Of a stretch of 64,000 nucleotides of DNA, positions 39,362 through 48,282 are shown in pieces. This DNA is from Pseudomonadota bacterium (GTDB lineage: Bacteria; Bdellovibrionota; Bdellovibrionia; Bdellovibrionales; Bdellovibrionaceae). The stretch spans positions 192,001-256,000 of the forward strand of contig JBEGVH010000006.1 of NCBI GenBank assembly GCA_041178425.1, read 5' to 3'. Position 1 is the stretch's first letter. Each line of letters starts with the position of its first letter. Under the pieces are notes generated by a model that did not search any database, was not told the DNA's origin, and saw only the letters and a program-made list of their open reading frames with translations. Both the position numbers and the translations under genes were made by a program.

Positions 39362-39591
39362 AGATAAACCCCTTTAAACAAAAGTTCGGCTCAACGCTGA
39401 ATCTGGTGGGTGTGACTAAAAAAAGGTAGTTTTTCAATGCAGAGTTGTAAAATTACCAGAACTTAAGTTGCCCTAGACATCGTATTAGCTCGCCTTCTGA
39501 TTAATTTTTAGGCATTCCATGAAGTTTAATTAAGCTGACACTCCCGTCATCGAAAGCTGAGATAGGCGCTTCTTTTGAGGAGGAGGCCTAA

Positions 39592-40461
39592 ATGAAAGAA
39601 GAAAATCTGAATCCCGAAATATCCCATGTCAGTGATACGGCTCTTTGGGTGGCGACTTATCGAGCCGAAGAAACAAAGCGAAAAGATGCCCTTTTTAAAG
39701 ACCCTTTAGCAGAAATCTTAGCCGGAGAAAGAGGCAAAAGAATTGCCAAGAAAATGCGGGCAACAAAGTACCTCTCGTGGTCGGTCATCATTCGTACAGC
39801 CACCATTGACGACCTGATTGAAGAAGCACTCAGCGAGGGCGTTGATACCGTTGTCAATCTCGGTGCGGGTTTAGATACTCGTCCGTATCGCATGAACCTT
39901 AATCGGAATCTCCTTTGGTTCGAGGCGGATTTTCCAGACATCATTGATCTCAAAAACGATCGTCTCAAAAACGAAAAACCCAACTGTCAAATCGAGCGAA
40001 GAGCCATTGATTTAACCAATCCAGAAGCACGACAAGCTTTTTTTCAAACCGTCAATGCTCAATGTCGCAAGGCCTTGATTATCACCGAAGGTGTTATTCC
40101 CTATCTCTCGAATGAGGACGTGGCAGCCCTCGCAAAAGATCTTCGCCAACACAATCATTTTAAATTTTGGATTCTTGAATATTTTCCCTCTGAACTTCCG
40201 CTTTCTCGTCCATTCAAAAAACTGCAATCGAAACTTACGAAGGCACCGCTTATCTTCAAACCCAAAGATTGGAACGTTTTTTTTAATCAACTCGGATGGA
40301 GAACCAAAGACCTTCGTTTTCTCAATGAGGAAGCCGAGAAATTACATCGCCCCTTTCCTCTCTCATGGTGGCAAAAATTAGGACGATTTTTTCTGCGCAA
40401 AAAGACCAAAGAAAAGCTAAGGCAAGCTCTCGCCTATGCGCTGATTGAACCAAATCTTTGA
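39592..40461 (+). CDS. SAM-dependent methyltransferase (LCM/TIGR00027-like)
   Basis: VSDTALWVATYRA, VVNLGAGLDTRPYR and ITEGVIPYL motifs. Confidence 0.9.
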   Translation: MKEENLNPEISHVSDTALWVATYRAEETKRKDALFKDPLAEILAGERGKRIAKKMRATKYLSWSVIIRTATIDDLIEEALSEGVDTVVNLGAGLDTRPYRMNLNRNLLWFEADFPDIIDLKNDRLKNEKPNCQIERRAIDLTNPEARQAFFQTVNAQCRKALIITEGVIPYLSNEDVAALAKDLRQHNHFKFWILEYFPSELPLSRPFKKLQSKLTKAPLIFKPKDWNVFFNQLGWRTKDLRFLNEEAEKLHRPFPLSWWQKLGRFFLRKKTKEKLRQALAYALIEPNL

Positions 40462-40549
40462 AACCCTGCATATAAGCGAGATAAATTCTCTCGATTTACC
40501 CATGAAAGTATGATTGCATCGCCAAGTCTGTTTTCATGGAGGGGGAATT

Positions 40550-41335
40550 ATGTTGTTGGATCTTACCAACAAAAGGGCTTTAGTGTGTGGTGCATCCCAG
40601 GGGATTGGCGAAGCGACAGCTCATGCTCTCGCCGATATGGGCGCCGAAGTCATTCTTATTGCTCGAACCGGTGATAAACTCGAGGCCATTCGACAAAAAC
40701 TCTCCAATGCTAAAAATCAAAAACACCAAGCGCTGGCCTTCGATCTCACGTCGCGCGACCTCTTAACCAATCACCTTAATGATTGTCTTGCTAAGGGGCC
40801 CATCAGTATCGTTATCAATAATGCTGGCGGCCCTAAGGCGGGCTCCTTGCTTGATGCTAGCGACGAAGATTTTCTCAGTGGCTTTCATGCGCACATTCTT
40901 GCGGCCTCCCTTATTGCAAAAAAACTAGCTCCGGGAATGAAAGAGCAAAAGTTCGGTCGCTTTATCAATATAATATCAACATCGGTAAAAGCACCTATTG
41001 CCAATCTCGGGGTTTCAAACACCATCAGAGGTGCTATGGCGAATTGGGCTAAATCGATGGCCACCGAACTGGCTCCCTACGGCATAACCGTCAATAATGT
41101 GCTCCCTGGTTACACCGAAACCCCACGCTTAGAAGCTCTGGCTCAGGCGGCCGCCCAAAGACAAAACAAAACCGCCGATGAAATTAAGCAAACCTGGAAG
41201 GCTGCGACACCCGCAGGTCGCTTTGCCTCCCCTGCCGAAGTTGCCGACGCCATCGCTTTTTTAGCCAGCCCCTCGGCCGGCTTCATCAATGGCATCAACC
41301 TCCCTGTTGATGGAGGTCGAACACCATGTCTTTAA
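40550..41335 (+). CDS. SDR oxidoreductase of the Trp-catabolic operon (atypical SxxxR active site)
   Basis: GASQGIG, NNAGGP, LGVSNTIR and VDGGRT motifs; overlaps the next gene. Confidence 0.88.
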   Translation: MLLDLTNKRALVCGASQGIGEATAHALADMGAEVILIARTGDKLEAIRQKLSNAKNQKHQALAFDLTSRDLLTNHLNDCLAKGPISIVINNAGGPKAGSLLDASDEDFLSGFHAHILAASLIAKKLAPGMKEQKFGRFINIISTSVKAPIANLGVSNTIRGAMANWAKSMATELAPYGITVNNVLPGYTETPRLEALAQAAAQRQNKTADEIKQTWKAATPAGRFASPAEVADAIAFLASPSAGFINGINLPVDGGRTPCL

Positions 41336-42774
41336 TCGAAATTAAAAATTTTATTGGTGGCGAGTTTTGTTCGGCTAAATCGAATACGACGATTGAAAAT
41401 TTTGAACCCGCTACAGGCCGTGTTTACTCCACCATTCCGCGCTCCCATACCGCCGATGTTAATGCTGCCGTTCAAGCGGCAAAAAAAGCATTTCCGGCAT
41501 GGTCTTCAACATCGGCCGAAGAGCGGGCCCAATATCTCAATAAAATAGCTGATGGTATTGAAAAACGTCTTCTTCAATTTGCTAGGGCAGAATCTCGCGA
41601 CCAAGGGAAGCCGGTATGGTTGGCCGAGTCCATGGATATCCCTCGCGCGGCCCATAATTTTCGTTTTTTTGCTGGTCAGATTCTTTATCAAAAAGATGAA
41701 GCTCACGAAATCTCGGGCAAAGCTTATAATTTCACCCTGCGAAAACCGGTTGGTGTTGCGGGCCTTATCTCTCCATGGAATTTACCCCTTTATCTTTTAA
41801 CTTGGAAAATTGCTCCTGCCATTGCCTTTGGTAACACGGTGGTTTGCAAACCCTCTGAACTGACTCCAATGACGGCCTTCTTGCTCTGTGAAATTTTTCA
41901 AGACGTTGGCCTCCCGCCAGGAGTCGTTAATATTCTCTTTGGCTATGGAGCCGAAGCGGGTGAACCAATTGTTCAGCACCCAGAGGTGCCCCTAATTAGT
42001 TTCACCGGAGGAACCACAACAGGTAAGCGGCTAAGTGCCAGCGCCGCTCCATTGATCAAAAAACTATCGCTTGAGCTGGGTGGAAAAAACGCCAATATGA
42101 TTTTTGCCGATTGTCATCTTGATGAAGCCATCGAAACGTCTCTGCGTTCGAGCTTTCTGAACCAAGGTGAAATCTGTCTCTGTGGATCTCGCCTCTTTGT
42201 GGAGCAATCCATATACACAACTTTTGTTGAGCGCTTTGTTAGCAAAGTAAAAAACCTTAAGGTTGGCGACCCTAAAAATGCTGACCACTTTATTGGTGCT
42301 CTCGTCAGTAAAGATCACCTCGAGAAGGTGCGATCGTATGTGACCTTGGCTCAGCAAGAGGGTGGCAAAATTGAAACTGGATTAGAACCAATTCCCCTCG
42401 ATAGCGATCACCAAAATGGATACTTTATGCGTCCAACAGTGATCACGGGTCTTTCTTCTCATTGTCGTGTCATGCAAGAAGAAATTTTTGGGCCTGTGGT
42501 CACCATTGCTCCTTTTTCCACAGAAGAAGAAGTCATCGCTATGGCCAACTCAGTTGAGTATGGATTGGCCGCCAGTCTTTGGACAAAAGACATTCAAAGG
42601 GTTCATCGTATGGCACGCGCCTTAGAGGTTGGAACACTTTGGGTGAACACTTGGATGATGCGTGATTTAAGAGTGCCCTTTGGTGGAATGAAAATGTCGG
42701 GAGTAGGCCGCGAAGGTGGTGTGCATTCTTTAGAGTTTTTCACAGAAGCCACTAACGTTTGCGTAAAATACTAA
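41326..42774 (+). CDS. amnC: 2-aminomuconate/2-hydroxymuconate semialdehyde dehydrogenase
   Basis: ISPWNLPLYLLTWKIAPA, LELGGKN, NQGEICLCGSR, EEIFGPV and RDLRVPFGG (ALDH8/HMSADH type). Confidence 0.88.
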   Translation: MSLIEIKNFIGGEFCSAKSNTTIENFEPATGRVYSTIPRSHTADVNAAVQAAKKAFPAWSSTSAEERAQYLNKIADGIEKRLLQFARAESRDQGKPVWLAESMDIPRAAHNFRFFAGQILYQKDEAHEISGKAYNFTLRKPVGVAGLISPWNLPLYLLTWKIAPAIAFGNTVVCKPSELTPMTAFLLCEIFQDVGLPPGVVNILFGYGAEAGEPIVQHPEVPLISFTGGTTTGKRLSASAAPLIKKLSLELGGKNANMIFADCHLDEAIETSLRSSFLNQGEICLCGSRLFVEQSIYTTFVERFVSKVKNLKVGDPKNADHFIGALVSKDHLEKVRSYVTLAQQEGGKIETGLEPIPLDSDHQNGYFMRPTVITGLSSHCRVMQEEIFGPVVTIAPFSTEEEVIAMANSVEYGLAASLWTKDIQRVHRMARALEVGTLWVNTWMMRDLRVPFGGMKMSGVGREGGVHSLEFFTEATNVCVKY

Positions 42775-42825
42775 AACTTTTTTTAAACAAAGCACTACAA
42801 AAGTAAAATTTAGGACAGGTGAATT

Positions 42826-43770
42826 ATGGCAACAACGAGCAAAAAAAACACAGGCAAAGGTGCGATCGTCGCGGGATGCTTGGCTCCCCATCCACCCCAC
42901 TTGGTCTATGCAGAAAACCCACCTCAAAATGAACCGCGTTCCGAGTGTGGCTGGGAAACTCTTCGCTGGGCCTATGAATCCATGCGAAACGATTTAAGCC
43001 AAATTGAACACGATGTCCTCGTGATCTTTTCTCCTCATTGGAGAACCTATGTTGGCACTCATATTCTTGCAACCCCCCATTTAAAATCTTTGTCTGTGGA
43101 TCCTATCTTTCCAAATCTCTTTCGCTACCACTACGACATCAACGTCGATGTAGATCTTGCCAACACAATTCATGACGTTTGTCAGAGCAAAAATATTCCT
43201 ACCAAACTTATGACTAACCCTGATTTTCGCGTAGACTATGGCACCATCGTCACAGGACACCTTACGAATCCAAAATGGGACAAACCCATCGTCACCCTTT
43301 CAACTAATTGTGTGGCATCTTACTACAACCTTGATCGCATGCAGGCTCTCATGATGGAGCTTGGCGCCGCAACAAAAGAAGCCATCGAAAAAAGTGGCAA
43401 AAAAGCCATTCTTCTTGCAAGCCACTCTCTCTCTCATCGCCATTTTACCGTCGAAAATGAAATTCCCGAAGACATGAGCAAAGAGCACATCACCAATCAC
43501 AGCCTCTACTTGTGGGACATGAAAATGATTAAACTCATGAAAGAAGGGCGATCTCGCGAGATGATTGACCTAATTCCTGACTTCACAGAGCAAACTATTG
43601 CTGAGTCAGATTCAGGAGGTCTGACTTGGATGATGAAGGCCATGGACTTTCCGACCTACCCAGCAAAAGTTCACGGTTACGGAACAGTGATTGGCACTGG
43701 TAATGCCGTTGCCCATTGGGCACCACCAACAACAACAAAACCTCAGCCTCTCGCAGAGAAAGGAATCTAA
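42826..43770 (+). CDS. amnB: 2-aminophenol 1,6-dioxygenase, beta (catalytic) subunit
   Basis: LAPHPPHLVYAENPPQNEPRS..GWE.LRWAYE, SPHW, SVDPIFPN, FRVDYGT, PEDMSKE and GYGTVIGTGNAV, closely matching AmnB/CnbCb as recalled. Confidence 0.92.
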   Translation: MATTSKKNTGKGAIVAGCLAPHPPHLVYAENPPQNEPRSECGWETLRWAYESMRNDLSQIEHDVLVIFSPHWRTYVGTHILATPHLKSLSVDPIFPNLFRYHYDINVDVDLANTIHDVCQSKNIPTKLMTNPDFRVDYGTIVTGHLTNPKWDKPIVTLSTNCVASYYNLDRMQALMMELGAATKEAIEKSGKKAILLASHSLSHRHFTVENEIPEDMSKEHITNHSLYLWDMKMIKLMKEGRSREMIDLIPDFTEQTIAESDSGGLTWMMKAMDFPTYPAKVHGYGTVIGTGNAVAHWAPPTTTKPQPLAEKGI

Positions 43771-43772
43771 GG

Positions 43773-44771
43773 ATGGCCGCTTCTCATTCACAAAACCCCA
43801 TTATTAAAGGTTATGTTTTACCGGGCCTCATTCAGCCCCTTCTCACTCCGGATGCAAACCCTGGATACCGAAAAGTGAGAAACGCTTTTGAACAAGTGCG
43901 GGCTGAAATTGAAAACACCGATGCTGACCTGATTCTCATTTACAGCACCCTTTGGCCCTCAATTCTTGGGCATCAGATTCAGGCCCTTCCAGAGCCTGAA
44001 TGGACACTCGTTGAAGAAGAATTTCACGATCTAGGTTCTGTGCCCTACAAGCTCCGTATCGATAGTGAATTTGCCGAGTGTTACAATAAACACGCCCTCC
44101 AGAGAGGATTGCAAAGTCGAACTATTGCTTATCATGGTTTTCCTATTGATAGTGGATCAATCGTGGCTTTGCAGCTGATCAACCCAAACAATCGGCTTCC
44201 GGCCGTTATTGTTTCGAGCAATATTTACGCTGATCGTGCTGAGACCGTGGTGCTCGCTAAAGCCGCCGTATCTGCTCTTAAAGAGCAAGGCAAGCGCGCC
44301 GTGGCGGTGATCATCTCGACTTTATCAAATCGCCTCCATACGAATTATATCGATCCAAAAGATGATTGCATCAATTCTCTCAAAGACCAGGAATGGAACT
44401 TGAAAATTCTTGAGTTCCTCGAAAAAGGGCGCCTCGAAGATGTTGCTCAACTCTCTCGACAAATTCACCGCGAAGCGCGAGTCAAAAAAGTTTCCAACTT
44501 TAAGCCTTTCTGGTGGCTCTCTTCTGTGATGGGGGCCCACAATCGCTACACCGGTAAAGTTTTTGAATATCAACCTATTTATGGAACAGGATGCGCCGTC
44601 GTTGGTTTAACTCCCGCTCCCCATGCTTCTCGTGACCTTGAATTCGATGAGGATGCTCCAGAACATTACACGGGCGAACGGAATGTTCTTAGCGCCAGCG
44701 GGGAATCGATGGCCGATTTTTCCTCTCAACAAGTGTTATGTAACACAGATGATGAGGGCATAGAGCAATGA
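43773..44771 (+). CDS. amnA: 2-aminophenol 1,6-dioxygenase, alpha subunit, with acidic C-terminal extension
   Basis: IYSTLW, YHGFPIDSG, SSNIY, DQEWNLKIL and PIYGTGCAVV motifs. Confidence 0.85.
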   Translation: MAASHSQNPIIKGYVLPGLIQPLLTPDANPGYRKVRNAFEQVRAEIENTDADLILIYSTLWPSILGHQIQALPEPEWTLVEEEFHDLGSVPYKLRIDSEFAECYNKHALQRGLQSRTIAYHGFPIDSGSIVALQLINPNNRLPAVIVSSNIYADRAETVVLAKAAVSALKEQGKRAVAVIISTLSNRLHTNYIDPKDDCINSLKDQEWNLKILEFLEKGRLEDVAQLSRQIHREARVKKVSNFKPFWWLSSVMGAHNRYTGKVFEYQPIYGTGCAVVGLTPAPHASRDLEFDEDAPEHYTGERNVLSASGESMADFSSQQVLCNTDDEGIEQ

Positions 44772-45862
44772 AAAATCCAGATCTCAAAATCTCAGATGTT
44801 TACCCCTCCAGTCCGTTTGGAGAAAAAATTCCAGGAATTCCCACTGGCCGGGACGTCGAATGGCAGCCACTCATCGATTACCGTCGTAATGGTGTGAGTG
44901 AAAACACCATTCACGGAGCCATTGCTTGGTACAGCGGCGATGAATTGATTCACTCGTTCGGAGGAAACGTTCTTTGTTATGGTCGCAGCATGATGAAACT
45001 TTTTTATATGAAAGTGTTCAGCCAAGAACTTGCAAACACTACCACTTGGCAACAAAAAGCCATCAGCGTTTCAAGTCATAATGGGGCCGCCGAACACATC
45101 GAGGCAGCGCAATCCCTATTGACTGAGAGTGAATGGGGACTCATGCAAACCCCACTTGATCTACCCTTAGTACAATTTGGCCGACAGGTGCGACGCCCTC
45201 GCCGCTGGTACAATAACTCCTCTGGGCACCACGCAGCGATTCTTCTTGGTTGCCGAATGAAGGGCTGGAATCGCGCGGGCTACACACTGCCTAATCACGA
45301 AGTTTATAAAGAATACGTTCAAGTTGTTCGTCGCTATTTAGGTGCCGACTGGAAACCACTCCGTATCGCCCGCGATGGTGATGGCCTGCCAACGGTAGCA
45401 ATGACCGTCAACGAACTGGCTCGTTGTTATGCGGGCCTCGCTAAACATCGCGAACAAGATTGGGTCTGGGAAAGCATGGTTCGCCATCCAGACTTAGTGG
45501 GTGGTTTTAATCGTCTTGATACAACAGTGATAAAGTCTTGCCATGGGCAAGTGATTGCCAAAGAGGGCGCCGACGGGCTTCTTGGAATGGCGATCTCGCA
45601 TCCTGACTATCCCAACGGTCTTGGCGTAGTGATTAAGATTGCTCACGGATGGAACCCACAAGCCACCTGGTACATTGCAAGAGGTATTTTAGGAGTGCTA
45701 GGCTTTGAGCTGCGCAATCCTTATCCCTTACGCCGACAAAAAGCCTTTTTGGTTCCGCAAATTGTGCCTGATAAATTTGTAAAAAAACTCGAAACAATTC
45801 CAACGTGGGACGAATGGGATCCTGATCACGATCGTTGGTACATGGGAGATTTAAATGTCTGA
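44768..45862 (+). CDS. Asparaginase II (Rhizobium AnsA/ReAV class 3)-family hydrolase with altered metal site
   Basis: RSMMK, SSHNG...H, NNSSGHH, DGDGLP, AKEGADG and IKIAHG motifs. Confidence 0.82.
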   Translation: MKNPDLKISDVYPSSPFGEKIPGIPTGRDVEWQPLIDYRRNGVSENTIHGAIAWYSGDELIHSFGGNVLCYGRSMMKLFYMKVFSQELANTTTWQQKAISVSSHNGAAEHIEAAQSLLTESEWGLMQTPLDLPLVQFGRQVRRPRRWYNNSSGHHAAILLGCRMKGWNRAGYTLPNHEVYKEYVQVVRRYLGADWKPLRIARDGDGLPTVAMTVNELARCYAGLAKHREQDWVWESMVRHPDLVGGFNRLDTTVIKSCHGQVIAKEGADGLLGMAISHPDYPNGLGVVIKIAHGWNPQATWYIARGILGVLGFELRNPYPLRRQKAFLVPQIVPDKFVKKLETIPTWDEWDPDHDRWYMGDLNV

Positions 45863-46283
45863 AACTCAATCTGAAAAAATCAACACCAATAAAGCACCAG
45901 AACCTGTCGGAGCTTATCCTCATGCTCGCCGTTTTGGCGACCTTCTTTTTTTGTCGGGCGTCGGCCCTCGCAAACCTGGAACAAAAAAAATTCCAGGGGT
46001 TGAACTCGACGATAATGGAGCTATCGCATCTTATGACGTGGTTACTCAAACAGAGTCAGTGATTGAAAATATTCGCATCATTTTAGAAGCCTCCGGTAGC
46101 TCTCTCGATAAAATTATCGATGTGCAGGTTTTTCTCACCAACATGAAAGCTGATTTTAAGGCCTTTAACGAGGTTTACGCAAAACACTTTACTTCTATTG
46201 GTGCTACTCGCACAACGATTGAGGTAGGAGCTCTACCAACACCCATCGCTGTTGAATTTAAAGTGATTGCCGCGGCTAAATAA
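45855..46283 (+). CDS. amnD: RidA-family 2-aminomuconate deaminase
   Basis: APEPVGAYPHARR.GDLLFLSGVGPR, FNEVY and RTTIEV..LPTPIAVEFK; operon context. Confidence 0.8.
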   Translation: MSETQSEKINTNKAPEPVGAYPHARRFGDLLFLSGVGPRKPGTKKIPGVELDDNGAIASYDVVTQTESVIENIRIILEASGSSLDKIIDVQVFLTNMKADFKAFNEVYAKHFTSIGATRTTIEVGALPTPIAVEFKVIAAAK

Positions 46284-46305
46284 TTTTTATCGAGGAGTTT
46301 ATTCA

Positions 46306-47418
46306 ATGATTAAAAATCAAAAACCTGTTTATTATCCTGATTACCTTCAATTATTTAAACTCTTGGATAGTCAGCATCCAAAAAGTCTTGAAGCCGGCAA
46401 AGAGGCTCACGATGAAATGCTCTTTATCGTTGTTCACCAGGCCTATGAACTTTGGTTTAAGCAGATTCTTCATGAACTAAAGCCGGTGCTCACCATTTTC
46501 AACAAAGAGCGCGTTGAAGAGCATGAACTTGGGTTTATCTTGGCGCGCTTCGAGCGGGTGATTAAAATTCAATCCCTGTTTCAGTCTCAGTTAGAAGTTC
46601 TCGAAACCATGACTCCTATGGATTTTCTTGAGTTCCGCGATCTCTTAATTCCAGCTTCTGGCTTTCAAAGCGTTCAGTTCAAAACGATTGAAACAGTGAT
46701 GGGCCTAACAACTGCCACTCGGTACACCGTCGACCGCGAGTCTTTCTTGGGCCGCCTCAGCGCCGGAGATAAAAAACAAATCGAAGACCTTGAAAAACAT
46801 GACTCTCTCTTTAAATTAATGGAGCGATGGCTAATTCGACTCCCCTTCACCGAAAAAACCAGCTTTGTTTTTTGGCAACAGTACGAAGCGGCTGTTGATG
46901 CGATGCTCGCAAAGGATGAAGCCGTCATTAATGACAACCCTCATACGAGCGATTTCGAAAAAAATATTCAAAAGGATTATCTTCAAACCACAAAACGAAC
47001 CTTTCAGAGTCTTTTCGATGATACAATTCACGATGAACTGATTTCAAAGGGTCAACGACGACTTGCTCGAAAGGCCATTCTCAATGCCTTGTTTATCTTT
47101 CTCTACCGCGACGAGCCGCTGATGCACCTGCCGTACAAGCTTTTAAATGCCCTCATTGATATTGATGAAAATTTCACCAGCTGGCGCCATCGCCATGCCA
47201 TGATGGCTCACCGAATGCTCGGAACAAAAATTGGAACCGGCGGAACGTCAGGGCAGGAATACCTAAAAAAGGCAGCAGACCAAAACCGAGTTTATCTCGA
47301 TCTTTTTAATCTATCGACCTTCATTATTCCAAAGTCAGCACTTCCGGTGCTTCCTCCTTCTTTAAGGCAAGAACTCAATTTTCACTATGCCTCAAAAACA
47401 GAAGGGATGAACCATTGA
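46306..47418 (+). CDS. kynA: Tryptophan 2,3-dioxygenase
   Basis: YPDYLQL, HDEMLFIVVHQAYELWFKQ, PASGFQSVQF and GTGGTSG..YL motifs. Confidence 0.96.
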   Translation: MIKNQKPVYYPDYLQLFKLLDSQHPKSLEAGKEAHDEMLFIVVHQAYELWFKQILHELKPVLTIFNKERVEEHELGFILARFERVIKIQSLFQSQLEVLETMTPMDFLEFRDLLIPASGFQSVQFKTIETVMGLTTATRYTVDRESFLGRLSAGDKKQIEDLEKHDSLFKLMERWLIRLPFTEKTSFVFWQQYEAAVDAMLAKDEAVINDNPHTSDFEKNIQKDYLQTTKRTFQSLFDDTIHDELISKGQRRLARKAILNALFIFLYRDEPLMHLPYKLLNALIDIDENFTSWRHRHAMMAHRMLGTKIGTGGTSGQEYLKKAADQNRVYLDLFNLSTFIIPKSALPVLPPSLRQELNFHYASKTEGMNH

Positions 47419-47553
47419 GGTGACCCCGTCGTAAAAATGGAGAGAGGGCAATATTTATTTCACCACCTCTCCTTGATTATTGTAGCAGTTTTACTTGCCC
47501 ATTAATGCCCCTTTCTGTAGTTTGCCGATTCGAAATTCAAAGGGGGCCTGGTC

Positions 47554-48267
47554 ATGAAAGCATTTGCTTTATCTTTTATCCTTCAATTAGCTATTAGCTG
47601 TCCTATTTTTGCAGAAACGTCCAAAGACAACCTTCCTGACCTTGTGTCTCCCGATGAGCTTCAAGAAGAACTTCAATTACCCGAAGCCAAAACCCTTGTT
47701 TTTGATGGTGAATTTGAGACCTTAGGCATCGAAGAATGGTCCGACATGAATGGCATCGACCTCACCCAGCATTTTGAGGTCGTAGTTGTTGTAAACAAAG
47801 CGAAAAGCGGACCAGAAGCTCAAAAAGCCCAAGTTTATTTGAGCGGCCGCCACTACAAAACCTTCACGGTTTCGACCGGTCGCGAAAAACTCGAGCTCGC
47901 TCCTAGTGGTAAAGTCTACCGCTCCGTCACACCCCAGGGCTGGTTTCGCCCCATTTACTTTAGCCCGAATCACTTTTCTGAAACTTGGAAAGCCCCAATG
48001 CCATGGGCCGTTTTTTTCAACGGCGGCATTGCTCTTCATGCCACCACTCGAAGCCACTATGACGAACTTGGCCAACGAGCCTCGGGCGGCTGCGTTCGCT
48101 TGCACCACGATGATGCAAAAGAACTTTATCATCTGATAAAAAACGCAGGAAAAGGGGCTGTACCAAAATTTAAACAATCAGGTAGAATCATCCGTGACTC
48201 TATGGGAAGAATTAAATTAGAGCATAATTACAATACTTTGATCATTGTTGAGAATTCTCAAGGATAG
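47554..48267 (+). CDS. Secreted L,D-transpeptidase (YkuD)
   Basis: VSTG, TPQG and MPWAVFFNGGIALHAT...ASGGCVRL motifs. Confidence 0.9.
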   Translation: MKAFALSFILQLAISCPIFAETSKDNLPDLVSPDELQEELQLPEAKTLVFDGEFETLGIEEWSDMNGIDLTQHFEVVVVVNKAKSGPEAQKAQVYLSGRHYKTFTVSTGREKLELAPSGKVYRSVTPQGWFRPIYFSPNHFSETWKAPMPWAVFFNGGIALHATTRSHYDELGQRASGGCVRLHHDDAKELYHLIKNAGKGAVPKFKQSGRIIRDSMGRIKLEHNYNTLIIVENSQG

Positions 48268-48282
48268 ATTCAAAGTTCATAC

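Noticed and set aside
39592..40461. Methyltransferase as a member of the Trp-catabolic operon
   Set aside because: Same strand but separated by ~90 bp, a common stand-alone family, and no step requires it; left unassigned.
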